Shown piece after piece: positions 41,184-51,459 of a stretch of DNA of 64,000 bases. Below the pieces are notes generated by a model. It saw only the letters and a program-made list of their open reading frames with translations, did no database searches and was not told where the DNA came from. The position numbers and the translations under genes are program-made. Where the stretch lies: positions 1 to 64,000 of the forward strand of contig JAEOTA010000085.1 in NCBI GenBank assembly GCA_016840085.1, in the 5' to 3' direction. Every line of letters begins with the position of its first letter. Within the stretch, counting starts at the first letter, position 1. The DNA is from Promethearchaeota archaeon (lineage in GTDB: Archaea > Asgardarchaeota > Lokiarchaeia > Sigyniarchaeales > SOKP01).

Positions 41184-42638
41184 ATGAGAAAAAAAATTAA
41201 TTATAAAGCATCAACCATTTTGATTAGTCTTTTATTGTTAATTTCCGCTTCAGTAATTGTTATTCCCGTTAACGCCGGTCCAAAAATCTCACAAGTAACC
41301 TTAAATATTGTAGTTACTAGTGAACAAATAGAGTCAATCGAAGGTGTAATAGACGATTTTCTTGCCACAGATGAAGCAGAAGGAATAGATGATGTGAATG
41401 TTATTTCTTCAGGAGATACAGCTGATGATCAGCTAACATATATACAAACGCGTATGGCAACAAAAGATACAACTTTGGACGTTGTAGGAATGGATGTTAT
41501 TTGGACAGCTCTTTTTGCTGAGAATGGATGGATTATAAATTTAGATACACATTTAGAAACCAAAGAAATGGATGATTATGTTGGTGGTATGGTCGATTCA
41601 GGTGAATATCAAGGTAGCCAGTGGGCATTTCCTTATTTCTTTAACTTAGGAGTTCTTTTCTATCGTAAAGATCTATTAACAAAATATGGATATAATGAAA
41701 CAGATTTTGATACTTGGGCTGAATTAAATGCAACAACAAATGATATTTTAGAAAAAGAAGATAATTCTAAACTAGTTGGATACGTAGCACAATTTGATAA
41801 TTATGAAGGAGGAACAGTTAATTTTCAAGAATGGATAGGAAGTATGGGTGTTACAGCAATATTTGATGCAGAAGGTACTCCAGATGTTACTGATGTAAAA
41901 ATTGTAGCCGCCTTGACATTTTTAAAAGGATTAATAGCTCCTGATGATGATACTGATTTAAGAGATACTGATTATATTATTCCCCGTGATGCATTGGAAA
42001 TGAATGAAGGTACATCAGAGGCAAAATGGACAGTTGGGGAAGCAATATTCTGTCGACAATGGCCATACGTTTATGGTATAACTATATTAAATGATAAATT
42101 GAATGCTAGCACTGGTGGAGTATACACTCAATTTGGAGTAGCACCTATACCAACTTTTACTGGTGCAGCAGGTGAGAAATCTTCTTGTGTAGGTGGTGCA
42201 ATTTTAGGAATTTCAGCATATAGTGAACACACAGATGAAGCTATTGCCCTTGCTAGATACTTATGTCAAAATCATTCCCAGTATTATGCGTTAGAGAAAT
42301 ATGGCCATTTTCCTGCATTGAAAGCAACATATACAAAACTACCTCCAAAATATGAATATGTCGATGACTTTTATAAAGCAGCAGGTGTAACTCTAGCTAG
42401 ACCAAAACATAAAGAATATCCAAAAATTAGTGATGCTATATCAGATCGATTTACAGAAATAATTAGTTGTCAAAGTACTCCTACAGATGGAATGGATGAT
42501 TTACAGAAAGATATTGAAGATATTATTACTCCAGCAGAAGAGATTATCCCAGGTTTTGAATTACCGATTGTGCTTTTAACCATAGCTTCAATGATGTCAA
42601 TGATATTCATTTTAATAAGAAAAAAAATTCTTCATTAA
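41184..42638 (+). CDS. sugar (trehalose/maltose-type) ABC substrate-binding protein with IPGF C-terminal sorting/anchor segment
   Basis: Signal peptide; DVIWTA.FAENGW, LFYRKDLL, YEG, RQWPY; IIPGF-TM-RKK C-terminus. Confidence 0.9.
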   Translation: MRKKINYKASTILISLLLLISASVIVIPVNAGPKISQVTLNIVVTSEQIESIEGVIDDFLATDEAEGIDDVNVISSGDTADDQLTYIQTRMATKDTTLDVVGMDVIWTALFAENGWIINLDTHLETKEMDDYVGGMVDSGEYQGSQWAFPYFFNLGVLFYRKDLLTKYGYNETDFDTWAELNATTNDILEKEDNSKLVGYVAQFDNYEGGTVNFQEWIGSMGVTAIFDAEGTPDVTDVKIVAALTFLKGLIAPDDDTDLRDTDYIIPRDALEMNEGTSEAKWTVGEAIFCRQWPYVYGITILNDKLNASTGGVYTQFGVAPIPTFTGAAGEKSSCVGGAILGISAYSEHTDEAIALARYLCQNHSQYYALEKYGHFPALKATYTKLPPKYEYVDDFYKAAGVTLARPKHKEYPKISDAISDRFTEIISCQSTPTDGMDDLQKDIEDIITPAEEIIPGFELPIVLLTIASMMSMIFILIRKKILH

Positions 42639-42709
42639 AATTCTAAAATTTAAAAATTACTTTTTTTTTTTATTTATGTTGCAATAATATTTTTCAAAAG
42701 TGAATAAAA

Positions 42710-44743
42710 ATGATAAATAGTTTAACTCAAAAAGCTGAAGTTATCGAATTCCCTGATAAAAAATTTGATAAACCCCCTTCTGATACAAAATTTGTTATTT
42801 CACTACTAACTCCCGCAATAACCCTTTTTTTAATTGCTATTTTTATTCCAATAGTAATTGGTATTTTTATTAGCTTTACTAATAGCAGTGCACAAACTGG
42901 CTATTTAGGGAATAGATTAGTTCTTACTAATTTTTTTGATTTGTTATTCTATGGAAGAAGAAATTCTACTATCTTTTGGCAATATACATATCAGACGATT
43001 TTTTTTTCAGTTGTCGCCTTAATCCTCGAATTTGTATTAGGATTGGTTTTTGCCTTAATATTAAATAAAGAATTTAGAGGTCGTGGATTAGCGAGAGCAA
43101 CATTACTTATTCCGTGGGCAATTCCAACAGTTGCCTCAGCAACTATATTTAGATATGAAATATTTTCACCTGCTAGCCAATTTGGACTTATAAATAGTTT
43201 ATTTTCTCTTGTAAATTTTCAAACAATAAATTTTTATGGAGTAGATGCAGACACACTTTTTAATTTACCTGTTTTTGTTCCATATGATCCTTTTATAACC
43301 GAAATCCCAATAAAAATGACTATGGTAACTGTTATAATAATTGATGTATGGAAAACAACACCTTTTATTACATTATTAATTTTAGCTGCTTTGCAAATTG
43401 TACCTGAAGATTTATATAAAGCAGGAGATATTGCTGGCGCAAATGGTTGGCAGAAATTTAGATATATTGCGTGGCCAATGATAAAACCTGGTGTTGGAGT
43501 TGCCTTGATATTTCGCATGATGCAAGCACTTAGAGTTTATGACGCAGTTGTAGTTTTTAATGATAACAGTGTTAATTCTATGACCTCACAATCAGTAAGT
43601 TTATGGATTAGTGGAGACTTTGGTATCGCTTCAACTGTTGCATTCTTATTATTTGTGCTAATCATCATTTTTGCAATATTAATTTTATTTTTAACAAGGA
43701 GTAAAGAAACTGTTAAATTAGGAAAAGGTGAAGATGTTGAAATAGTCTATAAAGAGAAAGAAGAAAAATACGGTGTTGATCAGTTTCTTGCTGCTACGGG
43801 GGGTCAGTTTAAAAGTAGAGTTGAAAGCCCTTCTAAAAGAAGAATCAATTGGTATAAAAGGAAGCGGATTATCAAGAAAATTGTCTTTTATCTTATGGCT
43901 GTTTTTATGTGTCTTTTTTGCGCATTGCCTTTTATTTGGATTGTTTTGAGGTCTTTTAGATATCCATATTTAGATGAGCAACAAACATATTTTGAAATAA
44001 TACCTAGAGTTTTCTCCATTGAACCATATAAGATAATTTTTGAAAATTCGCGATTTACTGGGGTTTCGTTTGATAAAGCTCTTCTTAATAGTGTCATTCT
44101 TGCTGGTTTGACGGTTTTAGTTGTAATCATTTTAGGATCTTTCATTGCTTATGCCATAGCGAAATTTAAATTTCGAGGAAAACGGGTTTTAAATTCCTTC
44201 ATTTTTTCTATGAATAGCTTACCACCATTAGTTATTATTATTCCATTCTTCATTCAAATATCATTATTTATGGATTTACTCCCAATTTTACAATTAAAAG
44301 ATAATATTTATACATTAATTTTACCATATGCTGCAGTTAATTTACCGTTAGCTGTTTTTGTTTTAACAGCATTTTTTAATGAAATCCCTGAAGAACTATG
44401 GAGTGCAGCAAAAGTTGATGGCGCATCGAATTTTCAAATATTTAGAAAAATAATCTTCCCTTTAACAATTCCAGGTGTTTTTACATGTGCTATTTTAGTA
44501 TTTATTGCAGCCTGGAATGAATTACTGTTTGCTCAGATTTTTTTAACGTCTGATCGTAACCATACTGTTCCACGAGCGATATTGAGATTTGTATTTAATG
44601 AATTAAGTTTACAAGCTCCATGGGACACAGGTATCGCATTATTGGCAGCAACATCATTAGCCACAGTTCCATTAGTTGTTGTTGTGTTAATTTTCCAGAA
44701 AAAAATTATAGGTGGTTTAACTAGAGGTGCTGTTAAAGGATAA
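42710..44743 (+). CDS. sugar ABC permease, fused MalF+MalG-type
   Basis: Two EAA-type loops (IVPEDLYKAGDIAGA; IPEELWSAAKVDGAS); ends GLTRGAVKG. Confidence 0.9.
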   Translation: MINSLTQKAEVIEFPDKKFDKPPSDTKFVISLLTPAITLFLIAIFIPIVIGIFISFTNSSAQTGYLGNRLVLTNFFDLLFYGRRNSTIFWQYTYQTIFFSVVALILEFVLGLVFALILNKEFRGRGLARATLLIPWAIPTVASATIFRYEIFSPASQFGLINSLFSLVNFQTINFYGVDADTLFNLPVFVPYDPFITEIPIKMTMVTVIIIDVWKTTPFITLLILAALQIVPEDLYKAGDIAGANGWQKFRYIAWPMIKPGVGVALIFRMMQALRVYDAVVVFNDNSVNSMTSQSVSLWISGDFGIASTVAFLLFVLIIIFAILILFLTRSKETVKLGKGEDVEIVYKEKEEKYGVDQFLAATGGQFKSRVESPSKRRINWYKRKRIIKKIVFYLMAVFMCLFCALPFIWIVLRSFRYPYLDEQQTYFEIIPRVFSIEPYKIIFENSRFTGVSFDKALLNSVILAGLTVLVVIILGSFIAYAIAKFKFRGKRVLNSFIFSMNSLPPLVIIIPFFIQISLFMDLLPILQLKDNIYTLILPYAAVNLPLAVFVLTAFFNEIPEELWSAAKVDGASNFQIFRKIIFPLTIPGVFTCAILVFIAAWNELLFAQIFLTSDRNHTVPRAILRFVFNELSLQAPWDTGIALLAATSLATVPLVVVVLIFQKKIIGGLTRGAVKG

Positions 44744-44774
44744 TTTAAATTCAAGAAAAAGAAGGTAAAAAAAA

Positions 44775-45866
44775 ATGGTACATATAAAGTTAAAAAATGT
44801 TAACAAAATTTTTCAACCAGATGTACAAGTTTTAAATGATATTAATCTTGAAATTAAGGATAAGGAATTTATGGTTCTCGTAGGTCCTTCAGGATGTGGT
44901 AAATCCACTTGTTTAAACATCATCGCAGGTTTAGAATATGTTACAGATGGAAAAGTCTTTTTTGATGATGCAGATGTTACTTATCTTCCACCCAAAGAAA
45001 GAAAAGTAGCAATGGTATTTCAAAGTTATGCTTTATATCCTCACATGAATGTTAGAGAAAATATGGGATTTGCTTTAAAATTATCAAAAATAGATAAGAA
45101 GGAAATTAATAGAAGAGTTGAGGAGGCAGCAAAACTTTTGGGGATTTCAGAGTTATTAGATAGAAAACCCGGTGAATTAAGTGGGGGACAACGCCAAAGG
45201 GTAGCATTAGGAAGGTCAATTGTTAGAAATCCCACAGTATTTCTTTTTGATGAACCATTAAGTAATTTAGATGCGAAATTACGTATTCAAATGCGAGGTG
45301 AAATTATTAAATTACAAAGAAAACTTCAAATTACTCAAGTTTATGTGACACATGATCAAGTGGAAGCAATGTCTATGGCAGATCGTATATCTATCTTATT
45401 TGAGGGTAAATTTCAACAAATTGGAACGCCTAGCGAAGTATATAATAAACCAGCTAATAAATTTGTTGCGGGGTTTATTGGATCACCTTCTATGAATTTT
45501 TGGGATGCTAGTTTTAATGCAACCAAAATAATTTTTGGTGTACAAGAATATCAATTACCTTCAGAGCTCGCACAGAAACTTGATGATGAGAGAGTAGAAG
45601 AAATGATTTTAGGAATACGCCCAGAACATATTAAAATAACTCCTACTGCTCATGACAATTCTTATGAAGTTGAACTAACAGTAGTGGAGTTCTTAGGAGC
45701 AGAAACAATTGTTACTTTTGAGTTTCCAGATGGTATTAGTGGCATGATATCTGCACCTGGTTTTTATGAATCAAAAATGGGGGATAAATCATATATTTCA
45801 TTTCCTTCTGAAAAAATTCATATATTTAATAAGGAAACGGAAATAAATCTCATCCATAAATATTAA
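44775..45866 (+). CDS. malK: sugar ABC ATP-binding protein (MalK/UgpC)
   Basis: GPSGCGKS, LSGGQRQR, DEPLSNLDAKLR, TOBE domain. Confidence 0.93.
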   Translation: MVHIKLKNVNKIFQPDVQVLNDINLEIKDKEFMVLVGPSGCGKSTCLNIIAGLEYVTDGKVFFDDADVTYLPPKERKVAMVFQSYALYPHMNVRENMGFALKLSKIDKKEINRRVEEAAKLLGISELLDRKPGELSGGQRQRVALGRSIVRNPTVFLFDEPLSNLDAKLRIQMRGEIIKLQRKLQITQVYVTHDQVEAMSMADRISILFEGKFQQIGTPSEVYNKPANKFVAGFIGSPSMNFWDASFNATKIIFGVQEYQLPSELAQKLDDERVEEMILGIRPEHIKITPTAHDNSYEVELTVVEFLGAETIVTFEFPDGISGMISAPGFYESKMGDKSYISFPSEKIHIFNKETEINLIHKY

Positions 45867-45892
45867 CAACCACATAAATTCTATATTAAAAC

Positions 45893-46372
45893 TTGGTGAA
45901 TTATATCCCTTTCATTGCTAATTTATATCAAAATGCTAAAGAAAAGAACATCCTTGCTGGAGTAGTTATTATCGACTTAATTTCCTTTATTTCATATATT
46001 ATTTTTTCAGCAGGTTTTTTCTATTTAGGAGATCTCCAAATGGTTATTGGATGTATTGTAGGAACTTATTTTTCTCTTAAAAACATTAAATCTAATCAAT
46101 CTTTTATAAAACATGGTATAATGGTTAGCTTAGGTGGAACTATTTTATCAGCAATTTCAATGAGTTTTTTTGACTGGATTATATTTTGGCAAATAACAGG
46201 ATTTTCTCTATTTTCATTTCTAGTGATTTTTGGCCTATTTTCAATTGAAGCATTGATCATAGGATTAATCATTGGAGGGATTCTTGGAGGTTATTACCAT
46301 CATACAAACAAGAAAGGAATTGAAACATCCCCTAAAGAAGATGAATTTTATGAAAGTTTAATAGAAAAGTAA
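45893..46372 (+). CDS. hypothetical membrane protein
   Basis: Four TM segments; DEFYESL C-terminus. Confidence 0.6.
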   Translation: MVNYIPFIANLYQNAKEKNILAGVVIIDLISFISYIIFSAGFFYLGDLQMVIGCIVGTYFSLKNIKSNQSFIKHGIMVSLGGTILSAISMSFFDWIIFWQITGFSLFSFLVIFGLFSIEALIIGLIIGGILGGYYHHTNKKGIETSPKEDEFYESLIEK

Positions 46373-46440
46373 ATTTTTAGAATATAAAATTTAGTTAAAT
46401 ATATGCCAATTCAAAAATTAAGTAAATAAGTATTGATAAA

Positions 46441-46698
46441 ATGGAATTTAAAGAATTTCTAACCAAATTTATTAGCTATAATAAAAGAATTATAAGAAAG
46501 TTAATAGTAATCACTTTTATTGTCTTTTATTTTGCTTTTTTAATTTTGTACAATCTTTTAAGAATAAATTTACAATATTCCATAGAATCAAGTTGGTCAT
46601 TAGGATTAATTTATGCGCTAATATCCGCTCTTATTCTAGTCTTGATTGTAGATTTATTGCGTTTCATCTACATAATTAAATCGGGAAAAGAATTATAA
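46441..46698 (+). CDS. small 2-TM protein (paralog of 39401-39643)
   Basis: Roughly 45% identity to 39401-39643 by manual alignment. Confidence 0.75.
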   Translation: MEFKEFLTKFISYNKRIIRKLIVITFIVFYFAFLILYNLLRINLQYSIESSWSLGLIYALISALILVLIVDLLRFIYIIKSGKEL

Positions 46699-46800
46699 GA
46701 GAACTCTTAGTTTTTTAAGATTTAAGAAAAATAATAATTACTAGTTTTCAAAATGAGTATATAAAGCTATATTAGTTTCTTAAACCTACTCTGAAAAATT

Positions 46801-47970
46801 TTATAGTTTTAATGGATATTTACGATATTTCTCTATAGCTGCTCTGAATGCTAAAATGTTTTCCCATGGCACATTTAAGATATTATGACTTGGTCCTGCA
46901 AAATAACCTCCACCATAAGCAGCTGCCTTGATACATCTTTTTACTTCTTGCTCAACTTCTTTAGCAGTTGCAAAACTTAATATTCTAGTAGCATCCATTC
47001 CACCCATAAAACTCAATCGATCTCCTAAAGTTTCCTTTAAGTGTGCCAAATCAACACCCGCAGCAGGTTCCAGTGCTTGAATGCAATCTAATCCTGCATC
47101 AACCATGTCTGGGAGTAATTTATCAATATATCCACATGAATGCTGAACAATAAATATTCCGTGTTTTTTGCATTCTTGATACATCTTCTTGTAGTAGGGT
47201 AGCATAAACTTACGAAAATTCTCAAGGGAAAACATCGAACGCCCTTTATACCCTAGATCATCGTAATAAAATACAACATCTATTCCTGCTTCAGCATAAC
47301 GTTTAATAAATTCTAAATTTGTTTTAGTATATTCCTCCATAACTTCATGGATAAATTGTGGGTTTTTTCGCATATGATAAGTAACCCTACTTACGGTCAT
47401 TCCTTCGAATAGAGCTTCATTCATGGCAATCATTAATCTAGCCATTGGATATAAGTATGGAGAGAGACTGTCTACAAACTCTTCCCAGATTTTGGGGGAA
47501 TAATTAACCTCATCATTAATACATTCAGAAGGTTTTCCATATTCATCCCAATAAGAGTGTAAAATTTCAGGTGTTCTGAAATAGCCATCTAGATACCATG
47601 CATAAGTTAAGCCCGTCTTAATTTGTTCCACTCGCTTAAATATTCTCCCAGCTGTTGGGACTATGTAACTTCCAGGATATTCAGGTGGACCTTCAGCAAT
47701 AACTGTTTTCATTCTATGCCTCCATGGATCAATTACATGGCAATCAACATTCCAGAATCGCAGTTCTGTGATATCTCCCGCCCATCGATATTCTTCTTTT
47801 GAATAGTTATTTTTAATATAAGTGTGATTTTCTTTATATTCATCTGATTCCAGATATTGTTGATAAGCAGTACCAGTTCTTTCGAAACCGAGAGTATGGA
47901 TAGGTACCATATCTGGCTCCTCATCACATTCTAAGGCTCGAATAACTCGTTCTCGTTTTGATAAAACCAT
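46801..47970 (-). CDS. uroporphyrinogen decarboxylase-fold corrinoid methyltransferase (MT2/MtaA-CmuA family)
   Basis: DDLG, HSCG, GGMD, GPSHNI; divergent from a corrinoid protein. Confidence 0.85.
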   Translation of the reverse strand: MVLSKRERVIRALECDEEPDMVPIHTLGFERTGTAYQQYLESDEYKENHTYIKNNYSKEEYRWAGDITELRFWNVDCHVIDPWRHRMKTVIAEGPPEYPGSYIVPTAGRIFKRVEQIKTGLTYAWYLDGYFRTPEILHSYWDEYGKPSECINDEVNYSPKIWEEFVDSLSPYLYPMARLMIAMNEALFEGMTVSRVTYHMRKNPQFIHEVMEEYTKTNLEFIKRYAEAGIDVVFYYDDLGYKGRSMFSLENFRKFMLPYYKKMYQECKKHGIFIVQHSCGYIDKLLPDMVDAGLDCIQALEPAAGVDLAHLKETLGDRLSFMGGMDATRILSFATAKEVEQEVKRCIKAAAYGGGYFAGPSHNILNVPWENILAFRAAIEKYRKYPLKL

Positions 47971-48093
47971 AATAAGAAATTAATTTTGGTTATTTAAAAA
48001 AATTTTTAATACAAATATAGTTGTAATAATTATTATAAACTAAAATGGAATTGGGGAATATTAAACTACTTATTCAAAAATTGGCCTTATATT

Positions 48094-48729
48094 ATGGATT
48101 TTGAAGAATTAACTGAACTTGTTGTTGAATTGGAATTAGATGATATAGCTGACGCTGTAAAGATTGCACTAAAGGAAGATGGAAAAGATCCATTTGAAAT
48201 TTTAACAGCTTTAACAAAAGGTATGGACGAAGTAAGTCGACGTTATGAGGAATTTGAATATTTTTTAGGTGAATTAGTATTAGCAGGAGATACTATGAAA
48301 GCCGGTCTTGAGGTTTTAAAACCAGCTTTAGCAGTTTCAGATGGTACTAAAGAAAAAACAAAAGTTATAATTGCAACTGTTAAAGGAGATCAACATGATC
48401 TTGGGAAAAACCTACTAGGAACATTACTGCTAAGTGCTAATTTTGAAGTATACGATCTAGGCAGAAATGTGGATGCAGAAACAATAGTAGAAAAGGTTAA
48501 AGAAACTGGAGCATCAGTTGTAGCTTTAAGTTCTTTATTATCTATGACGGTAGATCAAATTGGGGTTGTTCACAAAGCACTGGAAGAAGCAGGATTACGA
48601 GATAAAGTAAAATTGATCGTGGGAGGTGCCCCTTTAAATATGGAGCTTGCAAAGCAATTTGGTGCCGATGATTATGCTGATGATGCTATATATGGGGTTG
48701 ATCACATAAAGAAATTAGCTGAGAATTAA
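48094..48729 (+). CDS. corrinoid protein (MtaC/MttC-like)
   Basis: GDQHDLGKN, SSLL, VGGAP B12-binding motifs plus cap domain. Confidence 0.92.
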   Translation: MDFEELTELVVELELDDIADAVKIALKEDGKDPFEILTALTKGMDEVSRRYEEFEYFLGELVLAGDTMKAGLEVLKPALAVSDGTKEKTKVIIATVKGDQHDLGKNLLGTLLLSANFEVYDLGRNVDAETIVEKVKETGASVVALSSLLSMTVDQIGVVHKALEEAGLRDKVKLIVGGAPLNMELAKQFGADDYADDAIYGVDHIKKLAEN

Positions 48730-48753
48730 TGTAATATTAGTATTCTCATGATT

Positions 48754-49389
48754 TTATTGATAAATAATTGAAAAATAACATATATAATACCCAATCACAC
48801 TAATAGTGTTAATCAAAATTATCCAATCTCTTTTATTTTTTCTATTATAATCTTTTCTAATTTGTTCTCTTTTTAATTCAGCTTCGAGGGCTTGTTGTTG
48901 GTAACTTTTTACAATGTCAGGATCAGTCAATACGTAATGAATAGATGGATCATATTGAGCCCTACCGCTTCTGGCAGCATCTCCAACGTAAGTTAGTCTG
49001 CTTAAATTTTCTAATAAGGGGGAATCTTTAGTTCAAATAACTATGTAGAAAATTTCAGAAATAGAAATGCCAAATATAATATAATCCAAAAATCCATAAC
49101 TGAAATTCATAAGTGGAATCATAAAAAGTCCAGGTATGGCGTAGAAAGAACCACAAATTAAAGCTCCGAACACGAAATATGAATTAAAAGGATTCTTTAC
49201 TTTAAAAGTAAAAATAATTCCAATTGTTATTATTGCTATAAAAATAAAAGCAAGAATTACTAAGATTAAATTATTCGGAATTAACAAGATCATAAAGCTC
49301 ATTATAAAACAATTGAACAAACCAAAAAAAATATCATAATATTGAATTGTCTCTCTCTTGTCTGAAGTGCTATTTATTTCTTTATCCAT
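48754..49389 (-). pseudogene. 211-aa multi-TM membrane protein interrupted by one in-frame TGA (codon 119)
   Basis: After TGA at 49033-35 the frame stays open for 92 codons (TKDSPLLENL...WIILINTISVIGYYICYFSIIYQ) to TAA 48754-56. Confidence 0.6.
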
Positions 49390-49627
49390 AAAATATCTTG
49401 ATTCATTATTGTTTTGTATTCTAGGAAGTAATATTATAAATTAAAGGATTTTAATTTGAATTGAAATGTTAACTAAATGATTCGTGTCCTCTTTAAACGC
49501 AATTAGCCTATAGTTAATTAGAAAGTAGCTTTAGATGGAATTAAACAGATTATAAAACTGAAAATCAGAATATGCAATATTTCTAAAATACTAATAATTA
49601 AGTTATACCTTAATTGAACTCTAAGAT

Positions 49628-51133
49628 TTACTCGATTTCAGGGATTAAAAAAATGAACTTAGCACCTTTAGTGTAATCCCCTTTCACCCTATCTTCAACC
49701 CAAATTTTGCCACCATAACTTTCTAATATTTTCTTTACAAGTGTTAATCCAAATCCCATTCCTTTTGAACCTTTTTCTTTGATAAACCTTTCTTGGAAAA
49801 TTACTTTTTTCTTTTCTTCAGAAATCCCAATGCCATTATCTATGAATTCAAATTTAATGAACCTAATATTTTTTTGTAATTCTTTAGAAACTCTTACGAG
49901 AATCTCCACTTTGGATTTATCATTATAATTTAAAGCATTAATTAATAAATTTTCAAAAATATCGATTAAGAGATCATTAGCTTGGATGAAGATTTTATCT
50001 TGAAATGAATCTAATGAAATATCAATATCTCTTATTCTTTTGTTAGCCCTAATACAATTAATCGCGTCTTTTAATACTTTAATTGCATCAATAACTTTAA
50101 TTGATTTTTCTGAAACATCTAAAGAAGATAATTTTTGGACATTTGCAACTAACTTTTTACCTCTGGCAAATTGTTTTTTAATTAAGTCATAAAGTTCTTC
50201 AATATCACTTTCTCTCTCTGGTTCATTTAGATATTTCTCACTAAGTTCAATTGAAATACCAATATTAGTAAGTATGTTATTAATATCATGATAGAATAAA
50301 TCTTTATAAAGTTCAGCTCGATTATATGCTTCTCGAAATTGCTTCTCTGATTGTTTTAATTTCTTTTCAGCTTCTTTTTTCTCAGTAATATCTCGAGTAA
50401 AACCATAAAAACCAACTTTTCTTCCACTAGAGTCGTATCTTAAATAAAAAGATCCTTCAAAAGTACGCTTTTCGCCATCACTTCTTATAACTTGACTTTC
50501 AAAAGTCCCTTTTGGAAGTTCATTCTTATATAAATTATTAAAGATATTAAATACTTCTTCTATTGTTTTTTTATCCACTTGAGTAGTGTAACTTTTTCCT
50601 AATAGTTTTTTTTTCGGAATCCCTACGTATCTACTAATATAATCATTTACATAAGTATAATTTCCTCGTAGATCTACTTCAAAGTATCCATCCTCAATAT
50701 TCTCGATTATTTCTCTATACTTTTTATCAGATTCCAATAATTTTTGTTGAGTTTCTTTTATTTGTGTTATATTTCTTAACAATAACACGATTTTACCATG
50801 ATTATTATCATCAACCAACTGGCCTTTTGCGGAAAATTGAATATAATTTCCTTTTTTGTGCTGTACTTTTAGTTCAGCAGATATAGCGTCATTTGTTTTT
50901 ATTGCGTTATTAAGTATCTCCTTTATTCTTAACCTATCATCAGGATGTATAAGATGAATAAATCTTTGTCCTATAAATTCTTTAGATGAATAACCAAGTA
51001 GGCCATTAACTTGAGGATTAATATATGTAATAGCTAAATCTAAATTTATTTCAACTAGTATATCTAAAATGCTGTTTATAAGATTAAGATATCTCGTTTC
51101 AGATTCTTTTAATTCATTTTTAAACTTACTCAT
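49628..51133 (-). CDS. PAS-PAS sensor histidine kinase
   Basis: Two PAS domains, HDINNIL H-box, NLLINA, DNGIGI, GMGFGL. Confidence 0.92.
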   Translation of the reverse strand: MSKFKNELKESETRYLNLINSILDILVEINLDLAITYINPQVNGLLGYSSKEFIGQRFIHLIHPDDRLRIKEILNNAIKTNDAISAELKVQHKKGNYIQFSAKGQLVDDNNHGKIVLLLRNITQIKETQQKLLESDKKYREIIENIEDGYFEVDLRGNYTYVNDYISRYVGIPKKKLLGKSYTTQVDKKTIEEVFNIFNNLYKNELPKGTFESQVIRSDGEKRTFEGSFYLRYDSSGRKVGFYGFTRDITEKKEAEKKLKQSEKQFREAYNRAELYKDLFYHDINNILTNIGISIELSEKYLNEPERESDIEELYDLIKKQFARGKKLVANVQKLSSLDVSEKSIKVIDAIKVLKDAINCIRANKRIRDIDISLDSFQDKIFIQANDLLIDIFENLLINALNYNDKSKVEILVRVSKELQKNIRFIKFEFIDNGIGISEEKKKVIFQERFIKEKGSKGMGFGLTLVKKILESYGGKIWVEDRVKGDYTKGAKFIFLIPEIE

Positions 51134-51459
51134 AACTTAAGCTCCTTTTTAAATACATTTTATCTAAAAACATTACAATTGGCAGGCTAGGTCTTTTCAT
51201 AAAATTGGATTAAATCTATTATTATAAGTTTTTAAATTTGATTAAAATTCAATAGATATTACTATGAAGATAAGTAAGAAATTTAATTTTTTCTTATAGA
51301 TTTAATTTACGTTACAATAGTTAGAATAAAGAGGGAAAAAGAAAAAGAATTGAATTATTTAGGATAATTTATTTTGACTCCTCTTTTTAATAATCTCCCC
51401 AAAATAAAAAAATTTAAGTAAGGTTTATGAATTCAAGGATTTGCACAATTTCTTGTATA

